From a virus (Duplodnaviria > Caudoviricetes), in IMG/VR virus record IMGVR_UViG_3300017746_000010, positions 1 through 62,711 of that record: a DNA stretch of 62,711 nucleotides. One strand, given 5' to 3'. The notes under the pieces were generated by a model. It did not search any database and was not told the DNA's origin. It saw only the letters and a program-made list of their open reading frames with translations. The translations under genes were made by a program, and so were the position numbers. Of the stretch, positions 42,820-52,251 are shown in pieces; positions within the stretch are counted from its first letter, which is position 1, and the number at the start of each line of letters is the position of its first letter.

Positions 42820-43361
42820 TATGCTAGTATGGGTTTATTGTTATAAATATAATCAGAAAATTTTTGTAATCCAAAGGTATATTTACCTTCATCAATCATT
42901 TTTTTACTAAATTTATATGTTTTGGTTGGTTTTTTATATTCGTGTTGGAATAAACCTGGGTATATTTCAACCCCTTTATATTTTTTTATTATATGTTTTT
43001 CAGGTGTTGATTTTTCTATTTCATTAAAACTTCTTATTTGTTTAAATGGTTGAAATTCATCTTCCCATAAATTATCTTTCCATTTTATATCTACTAACAT
43101 CCAATGTTTTAATCCTATTCTAATACCTTCATCTAAAACATGTTTTAAATCTGCAGGGTATTTAAATTGACCTGTTATTATAATATCTAAATCCCAAGTT
43201 GTAGTTTCTTCTAAAACACCACCACCTATCCAAATTTTAAATTGGTCTAAATATTTAGTATCTTTAAAACTATTCCACCACACTTCAACTGCTTCACGGG
43301 TTGGTCTATCCCATGGTCTTTCTGTAAAATGTTCTCCTATTCTATAAAACGTTTTTTTCAT
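42819..43361 (-). CDS. Putative Pol-beta-superfamily nucleotidyltransferase
   Basis: IWIGGGVLE..TWDLDIII and a later LVDI (third Asp). Confidence 0.5.
   Translation of the reverse strand: MKKTFYRIGEHFTERPWDRPTREAVEVWWNSFKDTKYLDQFKIWIGGGVLEETTTWDLDIIITGQFKYPADLKHVLDEGIRIGLKHWMLVDIKWKDNLWEDEFQPFKQIRSFNEIEKSTPEKHIIKKYKGVEIYPGLFQHEYKKPTKTYKFSKKMIDEGKYTFGLQKFSDYIYNNKPILA
42842..42850 (-). promoter_or_regulatory. Putative late promoter ATATTTATA
   Basis: 22 nt upstream of ATG 42819, inside the end of the NTase gene. Confidence 0.5.
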
Positions 43362-43371
43362 TTAATATTTT

Positions 43372-46300
43372 TTATGGTGAGAAGAATCCTCCACCTCCAC
43401 CTTGCACATTATAAAATTGTTGTACTGGTACGGTAATTGATGATTGTGCTGGGTTTGTTATGTTTGAAATATTAATATTAGCCTGTCTACCTAACTGACT
43501 AAAACTTCCTCCTCCAGTATATCCATTTAATACTGTAAATGTTATAGTGCCTGTTCCTGTATTAAATCCTGTTTGTACCCCAAGTATCCATCCTGACCCA
43601 TCTAAATATTGTATACTTGCTGCCCACTGAGTTGTATTTGTAGTTGTTGTTACATTTATAGTCAGTGTCCCATTACCTGTATTTTGTAAGTTATAAAACC
43701 CACTAGGTGTAGCTGATATTGTAGGTGGTAATGGTGCTTGATTTTGATTTTGAGTTAGTGGTGCATTAGTTGCTGATGGTGGAATGAATTGTTCAAACGC
43801 TAATGGTATTAATTCTGTTGAAGCTGTTATTGATCCTGTATAAAATTGTAAATCAGTAGCGCCTAATCCTCCTAATATAGATGATGCACTTAATATTAAA
43901 AATGTTTCACCTCCATTACCAAAACTTCCATCTTTACTTGGTCCTGAAGCTTGATCACCTGCATTCATATACCATGGATACACACTTGGTTTATATGGGT
44001 TTTCTTCATCATTATTTGTTTCATTAGACCCAGTATTAAAATTATTTAATGGGTCATATAAAAATCCTAAATTTCCTACTTCTTGTAAACCTCCATCTGC
44101 TGTGTTATCCCACCAATTTGCTGTTGCCCAACCTCTAAAAAATGATTCAGTTGACCATAAAGATGTAGGTGAATCTGATTCAGGTGGGAAATAACCTTGA
44201 GCAACTGATCTTGTTATTCCTGTTTCGTGTACTACATTTGGATCTTCTCCTGATGATGTAGCATAATAAACAAATTTACCACTTGCACTAAATGAAAAAT
44301 CATAAAATAATTCATCAAATGATGTTACTGCCGCAGTTGAAGGTGGTTGATCAACAAATATTAATACACTTTGATTACCAAATGGAGGTGATTGAATAGA
44401 TGTATTACTTACATAATATGTTTCAAATCCATCATCAATTAATTCATTTAAATAATTTGCTGCACCTGCTAAAGTGTAAGTTATATATCCTGAATCTTGT
44501 ATAAATGCTGTTGTATCTTCTCCATTAATGTCTTCATCAGACATTTTAATATATTTAACTTTATTTGAAGGTACTGGGTCTAGATCTTGGGAAGATAAAA
44601 CACCTTCTAGATCTCCACTTGCTCCTGAAAATCCTACTCCTACTAGAGTAGATTGAGTGATTTTAATTGTTCTACCTCCATTATATTTTTTCTGTACACC
44701 TGAAAATAAATCAGATGCTCTTAATGTTAAAATTGCTTCTGTAGAAGATGCTCCAAAAGTACCAGCTGCAAAAGTAATTGTGTCATCTGGGTCGTATAAA
44801 CTACCAGTAGCTACTGCTTCAATAGATGATATTCCTTGAGCAATAATTGTTACATTAAATGTTGCTCCAGAACCACCTCCTGATGTTGATGTAGCTGATA
44901 TATTTGAATAAGTATCATTAGTTGCGTTAGTAGTATCTGTAGATACAGCTGATGTTAAATCAGGTCTATTTGGTATTAAAGATGTATTAACAAAATATAC
45001 TTGAGTAATAGCACCTTGAGTTCCGCCATATAAGTTATTAGCTTCAATTACACCACCTTGACCTTGAACTCCCGCTCCTGTATATGTAAATTGGTTACTA
45101 GTAAATCTTTTAGTAACAAAGGTATTTGTTGATGTAACAAATGATTCTTGTGTTATTTGATTAGCTGGTCCTGCTCCTGGGAATGAAACTGTATCTCCCC
45201 AGAACCAATTATTACCTGGTTGTGGTTGAAATGCTGCTGAGCTTGTTAAAAAGTTATCTTCTGATATTGTGTTATCATTAAACCATTGGATATAAAAGAA
45301 ATAATCAATTCTATTATCTTGTCCAAAAAATGCTTTACATGGTTCATCTTGTAATATTCCAGGTACTATACTATTAATAAATTCACCATTATAAAATTCA
45401 CGTTGATCAAACCTTTTTAATTGGTAAGGTTTTTGACCAAAAATATTTGATGTTGATTCAGTTATACTAGAACCAATAGGCATTCCAATACCTAATGTTG
45501 TTGAAGATGGTTCAAAAAATTCTTGAGTAAATCCTGGGTATTGGTGATAAAATTGTGATGCAGAAACTTCAGCATTTGTTAGACCACTATATGGACCTTC
45601 ACTTATTATAAGTTTAGCTGAGTATGATGCTGTAGTTAATGATTGTTGTTCACCTGCTTCTACTCCTTGATAATATGGTAGATAATATGTAAATGAAGAT
45701 GAAACGTAAGTACCAGCACTAAAAGCAGTTGAAACAGCTGTAACATCTATATCCCAATATCCTGTATTATCATTAGTTGAAGCGTTATTAGCTCCTATTT
45801 CTATTATTAAATCTCTATCAAATGCTGTAGGAAAACCTGCTGCTTGTAAAGCTGCTGCTGTAAATGTTACTGTTTCTCCTTCATTATAATCTAAACCTAT
45901 ATCCGCAACAGTTACTGCTACGTTAGCATTACCTCCTGATCCACCACCTGAAAATGAAATTGTTGAAATTGCAAATGTAGCACCTGTTCCATTACCACTA
46001 GTAGATGACTGTGCTAATGTTGCTGTTGTTTGTGAACCTGCAGTTGTTCCATTAGTATTTGGTTGTTGAGTAACGGTAACAGGGGTTGAAGTTAATAATG
46101 GTGGGGAAATATAATTTAAACCTGTTACTTTATATTTTGCTTTTAAGTCAAGATAATTATTTTTTGCTGGGTTGTAAATGTTATTTACTACAGTATTTAA
46201 TTGGTCTACTTCTATTTCTAATCCAAATTTACCAGGAAAATCAGCCATCGATTTACTAATTCTATTTAAATTAGTATATAAATTAGGTCCATAATCTGAT

Positions 46301-49300
46301 ACTGGTCTATTACCTTTCGATAAAGAATCCATAAATATTTTAGTAGCTGTAGCTCCATCTTGACTATTAAATCCAAAGAATCCTATTGATGAAGATGCTA
46401 TAGCCGTACTAGAAACTGAACCTGTAAAGCAGTAAAAATAACTATATTCTTCGTTTGATTGACTAACTGGTGCTGCAAATAAATTATTAAATGGTTCAAA
46501 CACACCTGCTGTTCCTCCACTATATCTATAAATTGAAGAACCACTAGCAAAATTTTGTTGTGGGAAATCAGAATTTGGACTTAAAGTTGGAGCCAACATT
46601 CCTCTTTTAATAACAACATTAACATCATTTGCTACTGCTGTAGGTGAACCTGCTACTGCTTGTAACGTTGGGGCAACAGATGCGGATATAGATGCAGAAG
46701 ATAATCTAATTTCTTCTCCTAATACATAACCACTTCCTGTTTCAATTACTTGAAATTGATTAACTTGACCACTATTAATTAATGGTACAAATGTTGCACC
46801 AAATCCAGATAAATTAGAACTACCTGTTATTGCAGTAGCTCCTCTACCATCTTTTAAATTAGTAGTATTTTGTGCAGATGCTACTTCTAATACATCATCA
46901 TTAATCAATGTATTACCTGGTCTTTCTATTGCATAATGTACATTATAATCTCTAGCGAATGATTTTACCGAACCTGAATATGTTACATTTCCGTACGACA
47001 TTGATGGAGGTGCTTGTACATTCCTTTCTAGTAAATTTTGTTTTATTACTACACCTGAACTTAATGTTGTTCTAGCAGGTGTAAAATCTTCTATCATTTT
47101 AAATAATGAATTATCAAAGAATTTAATTAATCTAATAAAATCATTTACATCATAGCTGTCTATATATTTTGTAAAGTAAGCATCCCTTAATGCATCTAAT
47201 TGTGGGTATGATCTTTTTGATTCTGATATTTGTCTTGGATCACCAATATATTCTCCTAAATTAAAGTCACCTATTTGTGCTATAATGTCATCATTAACTT
47301 GATCTTGAGGTGAAAAAGCTACTTCTAAATAATTAATACTAGGATTACTACCACTTGGGTAGCTTTCTTGTTGTACTGATCTATATGGTGATAATGTAGA
47401 ACCTGAAGGTACAATTGTATTTACAATTCTTACTCTATCAGATACTCTATTTTTAATACCACCTGGTGTTTGATTATAGTATATTGATTCTGTATTTTGT
47501 AGCCAACTACCTGTATCGTTTCCAATTAAATGGAATGCACTATCATTATTAAAGGATTGGGTAATGTCCCAAGATCCTGTTACTTTTGGATGTATAGATT
47601 CTCTACTAGCTGTGTTTAATTCTGTACCTAAATCTGCTCTAAATACTAATTCGTTTGGTGTTGAATTTATACTATTACCTTGTGTTGAATAAGGGTTTAA
47701 TACATAATCATAAAATAAACTTTCACTTAATACACAATCCCAATATCTTACTTCTTGTAAAGCACCAGTTAATGGTAAATAATCAATTGAATTTAATGTT
47801 AAAGCACTTGCACTTGGAAAATATGATACTTGTGTAGCTGACCAATATTGAGGATCAACTACTGTTACAGAATGTGTAGCTGAAAATCCAATTTCTTCTC
47901 CAATTCTATTTGCTCCATAAATGTATGCATCATTATTTGATAAGTTATCATAATCATATGAAGCTTGTATTGACCACCAACCACCATCAAAGAATGGTAA
48001 ATCTATACTTGCAGATCTATCATTATTGTATCCAACTTGTCCTTCAGGATAAAATCTCATAGTACCATAAGCATTGCTTTGAGATGGTACTGATCCTGAA
48101 TATGATCCACTTCCTAATCCTGAACCTGTATATTCTAGTGTTATAAATGCTCTTGTAGTATCACCAACCCAAACATTTTGATAAAATGATGATGTAGGTA
48201 TACCATTTGTTTTAAATCTAAATTGTATAGATTGAGGTGATGTTGATAAATTAGGCCATTTAGAATTAGCTTTAAATGATGAAGTTAATGCTGTGTAATT
48301 ATCTATACCTTCTAAATGAAAAGCATAGTTATAAACATCTTGTTCTAAATCCCAATCTAAAGTAAAGTCTCTATCTCTACCTCCAAATTCACTTACTCTT
48401 AATATTGTAGATGGAATACCATATGAAGTTATTAATGCTCTTAAACCACCTATTGTACCTTTTTTCTTTAATAATTGAGGCACGTTATGGTAAATTCGTT
48501 TATATAACGACTGATTTACACTGTTTAATGGGACTATGTCATTCGAAGCAGATATTTCATTATCTACGTATTCATACCCAGAAGGCGTCGCAACTGCGCC
48601 ACCAATTGACCCAGTCATATATGGGAAAGGGAATGTACTGCCTGAAGGTGTTATACCTAAAAACGCAGTATATAAATCATCAGTATTAAAATTACTTTGA
48701 TATAATTTTATACCAAAATCTTTAATTGCGTCAGCAACTAAATCTCTAGAAATACCATAATCTAATCTGTTATCAGCATTAAATCTGTTAGTTAAATCCT
48801 TAGTATATAACCAAGTATTATCATATTGTTGAGCAACCATATCAACAAACAATTCATATTTTTGATTGCTTGGGTCTGATCTTAAATACTCTGGGATAGC
48901 ATTATATAAATAATTTCCATTATTTAAATCATATATTGAAGCTGATCCTGCTTGTCCAGTTTCGTCTGTAGCATTTCCTAACCAACTTACAGCTTCAGTA
49001 CTACCTGTACTTGCTAGTATATAAGGCATCTCTGATGTTGTTTTAGGCCATGATTTAGATGAACCACTATTGTAGTATAAGAAATACTCATACCCATCAA
49101 AGTTTTTAATTATATCATCTATTTTAGTTGATAATAAAGCTTTACTTGAACTGTATTCTATATTGGTAGTTTCAGTACCAATATTAGTTGTCATTTGGTT
49201 AGTATAATTTTCTATTAATCCAACTTTATAAGCAAAATTTTCTAGTCTTGTATAAGCAGAAGAAAAGTGAACAAAGTTTTCATATTCTTCATAATTAACA

Positions 49301-50151
49301 TTTATGTTAACTTCTTTTCTATCTAATATATTATTTAATTGTTCAAAAGAGCTAGTTAGATCAGTTCCAAGTAATGTATTAAAATTATATTCTTGTCCTG
49401 ATGCTCCTTGTTGTCCAACTATTTTTAAACTATAATTAGGTCCTGATATTACTTGAAAATCATTTGGTTCAAAATCAGGATAAGGTAATGTTACATTATA
49501 TGCTTGTGGAGTTGATATTTCTTGTACTACCCACAATGTTGTTTTTTCTTGAAATTGTGGAGGTAAAGGATCATATAGTTTTACTAAAAATGATGGTTCT
49601 ACCTCTTCAGTATCAACTTTAAAGTTATTAGCTATTACTTGTTGATCATTACCAAAATTAAGTAAATAATCTAAAAAATATTCTGATTGTTCTCTTTCAG
49701 TAGCAAAATCATTACCTACCGCTATCATTTCTTCATCAGAAATAGCATTACTTTTTAAACGTAATTCTGTTCTATCACCACTTATTTCACTAATATAATA
49801 ATTTATATTAATATCTGATGCTAATATTCTTCTATAAAAATTATAAGTTGAAAAATATTTACCTACATCATATCCAATATTATTAATATCTCCTGCTGGG
49901 TAAAGACAAGTATCACCTTCAATAACAGAATAGTTTTTTAAATCAAATGCTCTTACATTAGGATCTAATGGATATATTTGGTTTTGATTTTCATCATAAG
50001 CATAATATTCAATATAATCTGTTGAAGATGAAAAAGCAGTATCCAATCTAGAGGAAGATATTAAAATATTATCCTCTTCAGTATATTGCTGAAATTCAAA
50101 AGTAGTTGGATCTACTTGGATTATAATTGGTTTATTTTTCTCTTCTGCCAT
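43372..50151 (-). CDS. Very large baseplate wedge-like protein
   Basis: IYHNVPQLLKKKGTIGGLRALI (KGT motif of wedge/gpI-like proteins); LamG-like segment (GALQEVRYW); FTPARTTL. Confidence 0.7.
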   Translation of the reverse strand: MAEEKNKPIIIQVDPTTFEFQQYTEEDNILISSSRLDTAFSSSTDYIEYYAYDENQNQIYPLDPNVRAFDLKNYSVIEGDTCLYPAGDINNIGYDVGKYFSTYNFYRRILASDININYYISEISGDRTELRLKSNAISDEEMIAVGNDFATEREQSEYFLDYLLNFGNDQQVIANNFKVDTEEVEPSFLVKLYDPLPPQFQEKTTLWVVQEISTPQAYNVTLPYPDFEPNDFQVISGPNYSLKIVGQQGASGQEYNFNTLLGTDLTSSFEQLNNILDRKEVNINVNYEEYENFVHFSSAYTRLENFAYKVGLIENYTNQMTTNIGTETTNIEYSSSKALLSTKIDDIIKNFDGYEYFLYYNSGSSKSWPKTTSEMPYILASTGSTEAVSWLGNATDETGQAGSASIYDLNNGNYLYNAIPEYLRSDPSNQKYELFVDMVAQQYDNTWLYTKDLTNRFNADNRLDYGISRDLVADAIKDFGIKLYQSNFNTDDLYTAFLGITPSGSTFPFPYMTGSIGGAVATPSGYEYVDNEISASNDIVPLNSVNQSLYKRIYHNVPQLLKKKGTIGGLRALITSYGIPSTILRVSEFGGRDRDFTLDWDLEQDVYNYAFHLEGIDNYTALTSSFKANSKWPNLSTSPQSIQFRFKTNGIPTSSFYQNVWVGDTTRAFITLEYTGSGLGSGSYSGSVPSQSNAYGTMRFYPEGQVGYNNDRSASIDLPFFDGGWWSIQASYDYDNLSNNDAYIYGANRIGEEIGFSATHSVTVVDPQYWSATQVSYFPSASALTLNSIDYLPLTGALQEVRYWDCVLSESLFYDYVLNPYSTQGNSINSTPNELVFRADLGTELNTASRESIHPKVTGSWDITQSFNNDSAFHLIGNDTGSWLQNTESIYYNQTPGGIKNRVSDRVRIVNTIVPSGSTLSPYRSVQQESYPSGSNPSINYLEVAFSPQDQVNDDIIAQIGDFNLGEYIGDPRQISESKRSYPQLDALRDAYFTKYIDSYDVNDFIRLIKFFDNSLFKMIEDFTPARTTLSSGVVIKQNLLERNVQAPPSMSYGNVTYSGSVKSFARDYNVHYAIERPGNTLINDDVLEVASAQNTTNLKDGRGATAITGSSNLSGFGATFVPLINSGQVNQFQVIETGSGYVLGEEIRLSSASISASVAPTLQAVAGSPTAVANDVNVVIKRGMLAPTLSPNSDFPQQNFASGSSIYRYSGGTAGVFEPFNNLFAAPVSQSNEEYSYFYCFTGSVSSTAIASSSIGFFGFNSQDGATATKIFMDSLSKGNRPVSDYGPNLYTNLNRISKSMADFPGKFGLEIEVDQLNTVVNNIYNPAKNNYLDLKAKYKVTGLNYISPPLLTSTPVTVTQQPNTNGTTAGSQTTATLAQSSTSGNGTGATFAISTISFSGGGSGGNANVAVTVADIGLDYNEGETVTFTAAALQAAGFPTAFDRDLIIEIGANNASTNDNTGYWDIDVTAVSTAFSAGTYVSSSFTYYLPYYQGVEAGEQQSLTTASYSAKLIISEGPYSGLTNAEVSASQFYHQYPGFTQEFFEPSSTTLGIGMPIGSSITESTSNIFGQKPYQLKRFDQREFYNGEFINSIVPGILQDEPCKAFFGQDNRIDYFFYIQWFNDNTISEDNFLTSSAAFQPQPGNNWFWGDTVSFPGAGPANQITQESFVTSTNTFVTKRFTSNQFTYTGAGVQGQGGVIEANNLYGGTQGAITQVYFVNTSLIPNRPDLTSAVSTDTTNATNDTYSNISATSTSGGGSGATFNVTIIAQGISSIEAVATGSLYDPDDTITFAAGTFGASSTEAILTLRASDLFSGVQKKYNGGRTIKITQSTLVGVGFSGASGDLEGVLSSQDLDPVPSNKVKYIKMSDEDINGEDTTAFIQDSGYITYTLAGAANYLNELIDDGFETYYVSNTSIQSPPFGNQSVLIFVDQPPSTAAVTSFDELFYDFSFSASGKFVYYATSSGEDPNVVHETGITRSVAQGYFPPESDSPTSLWSTESFFRGWATANWWDNTADGGLQEVGNLGFLYDPLNNFNTGSNETNNDEENPYKPSVYPWYMNAGDQASGPSKDGSFGNGGETFLILSASSILGGLGATDLQFYTGSITASTELIPLAFEQFIPPSATNAPLTQNQNQAPLPPTISATPSGFYNLQNTGNGTLTINVTTTTNTTQWAASIQYLDGSGWILGVQTGFNTGTGTITFTVLNGYTGGGSFSQLGRQANINISNITNPAQSSITVPVQQFYNVQGGGGGFFSP

Positions 50152-50153
50152 TT

Positions 50154-50669
50154 CTAATATTGAGAATTATTATTTGCAACTGATGCATTTGATACATTAG
50201 TTGGTGCTGTTGTTGTTCCATCTGGGTTTGCTCTTTCTTGATCAGTAAACGCAGATGATATAGAATTAAAGTCTGTTATTTCTTCTACACTATCAGCTAC
50301 ATTTAAATTAACTTTTTCACCTGTTAATGCTTCTGCTGTTTTAATTTGTTCTTGTAATAAATCTTGTCTTAATTGAGAAATTTCTCTTTGTAATGCTTCT
50401 ATAATTTCATTATCCTGATCAAAATTAATATATTCAGCACTTGTTTTAATTAAATATTCATGTGAATTAGTATCCCCAAAAGCAGGTATTTCATAAAATA
50501 AATCGTTATATTTTTGGAAAAATTGTTCAACTGTAAAAGTTGCTTCTATTTGATCTGGGACAGATACTACACCCAGCTGATTAAAGCTTGTGTCTATAAT
50601 TTTAGGATATTCTGTTTTAGAATATACTTTTTTAATAAGGTCTACCCTCTCCTTTGATGCATTTCCCAT
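50154..50669 (-). CDS. Hypothetical structural-module protein with coiled coil
   Basis: IEALQREISQLRQDLL. Confidence 0.7.
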   Translation of the reverse strand: MGNASKERVDLIKKVYSKTEYPKIIDTSFNQLGVVSVPDQIEATFTVEQFFQKYNDLFYEIPAFGDTNSHEYLIKTSAEYINFDQDNEIIEALQREISQLRQDLLQEQIKTAEALTGEKVNLNVADSVEEITDFNSISSAFTDQERANPDGTTTAPTNVSNASVANNNSQY

Positions 50670-50683
50670 TTTACAATCTAATT

Positions 50684-52249
50684 TTAACCGTTAACTACTT
50701 TAAAGTAGTAATTTTCATCTAATACAACAGTATTACCATCAACTTCAGTTTGTATTAAGATATTATAGTATCTTTCAGGTTCCAAACCATTCATATAAAC
50801 TGTAAAGTAACTACTTGTTGCATCACAACTTATCTGAGTATATGTTTTATCAAAATCTACTATAAATTCATTTGTATCTAAATCTTTTATCGCATAATAA
50901 GAAGAAGTTGTTAAAGCATGTTGTTTCGTATCTAATGAACTTGTTTTAAAAGTTCTAGCTGGGAATTCAGGTCTAACATTTAATCTAAATTGATTAATAC
51001 TTTCACTATAAAATACTCCAGCATTATTATCTAATGCACAATAAATATCAGGTGTATCAATTACATCCAATTGTTGAATATCATAAGTGGATAATGTTAC
51101 ATTTGCTGTTGAAACTGCTCCTGATACGTTAGGTAAACTATTTATTTGAGTAGTTGACCACTGTAATGTATCCCCTGCTTTATATCCTAATCCTAATTCT
51201 TTTACATAAACACTTGTCATAGAAGAACTATTAAATACTCCTATAAATGTAGCACCTGTTCCATCACCTGAATTTGTTGGTGTTGGTAAGGATTGAGTAA
51301 ATGAACAAGATATAGAACTTGTTAATTCGTTTGTTGGGTAAGAACCTGTTAATGTTCTCCCTTGTTTAAAATCCCCACTACTAGTACTGTATAAAAAGTC
51401 TTGCCATCTAAATTCTAATTGAGGTGGGTATATTGTATTAGTATCTACTGAATAGTAGCTTATTTGAGGTGAAATTGCACTTACTGTTTGGAATTCTTTA
51501 CTATCTTCCCATTTAACTATAAATCCATCATTATCTTTAGATGTTAATCCTGGTAATGAAATTCCAGCTGATGATGAGTACCACATAGTTACTATAGGTG
51601 AAACATCAACATTTAAATCTTTTGTACTTCTTAAAGTATATTCTTGATATGATTCACTAATATTAATTTGTGTTCCAGTTTCTCTAACATATCCACCCGA
51701 ACCTGTATACCAAGAACCACCTGAACCAGTAGCTTCTGCTTTTGATAAATTCCAACTAGTATCATATGAACCAGTAGAAAATTGTGACCAACCTCCTGCA
51801 GGCCAAACATCTGCTGAACCTGAAAAGTCTTCATATTTCCAACTTACACCTGTATAATTTTGTAATTTATCTAAATATTGTCCTGATCCATTATTCCATG
51901 AAGATGAAACAGCATAAACATAAACCTTAGAATCTATAATTACATTAGTTGCTTTAGCAACATATAATTTTAAACGAGCATCCCATTTATCATTCCAATT
52001 AGAACTACCTGTAAGTGGTACTAATTTACCCGCATCTACTCCAGTTCCAGGTGCTTTCATTATATTGTTTACTACATCTAATATTTGATTATTATCAAAT
52101 TTAATTAATGATCTTGCTACTTGAGCTGTAGGATTTCTATCGACTACTAAATTAGCAACATCTAATATAGCATCTAAGCCAGTATTCATAGCTGAATAAG
52201 CACTATAAATAGAAGCATCTTTTTCGGGAAATAATTTATATACTGCCAT
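50684..52249 (-). CDS. Virion protein with DNRLRE/CBM96-like N-terminal domain
   Basis: PEKDASIYS...NTG...RSLIKFD...ARLKLY...GFIVK...PPQLEFRW. Confidence 0.6.
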   Translation of the reverse strand: MAVYKLFPEKDASIYSAYSAMNTGLDAILDVANLVVDRNPTAQVARSLIKFDNNQILDVVNNIMKAPGTGVDAGKLVPLTGSSNWNDKWDARLKLYVAKATNVIIDSKVYVYAVSSSWNNGSGQYLDKLQNYTGVSWKYEDFSGSADVWPAGGWSQFSTGSYDTSWNLSKAEATGSGGSWYTGSGGYVRETGTQINISESYQEYTLRSTKDLNVDVSPIVTMWYSSSAGISLPGLTSKDNDGFIVKWEDSKEFQTVSAISPQISYYSVDTNTIYPPQLEFRWQDFLYSTSSGDFKQGRTLTGSYPTNELTSSISCSFTQSLPTPTNSGDGTGATFIGVFNSSSMTSVYVKELGLGYKAGDTLQWSTTQINSLPNVSGAVSTANVTLSTYDIQQLDVIDTPDIYCALDNNAGVFYSESINQFRLNVRPEFPARTFKTSSLDTKQHALTTSSYYAIKDLDTNEFIVDFDKTYTQISCDATSSYFTVYMNGLEPERYYNILIQTEVDGNTVVLDENYYFKVVNG

Positions 52250-52251
52250 AA

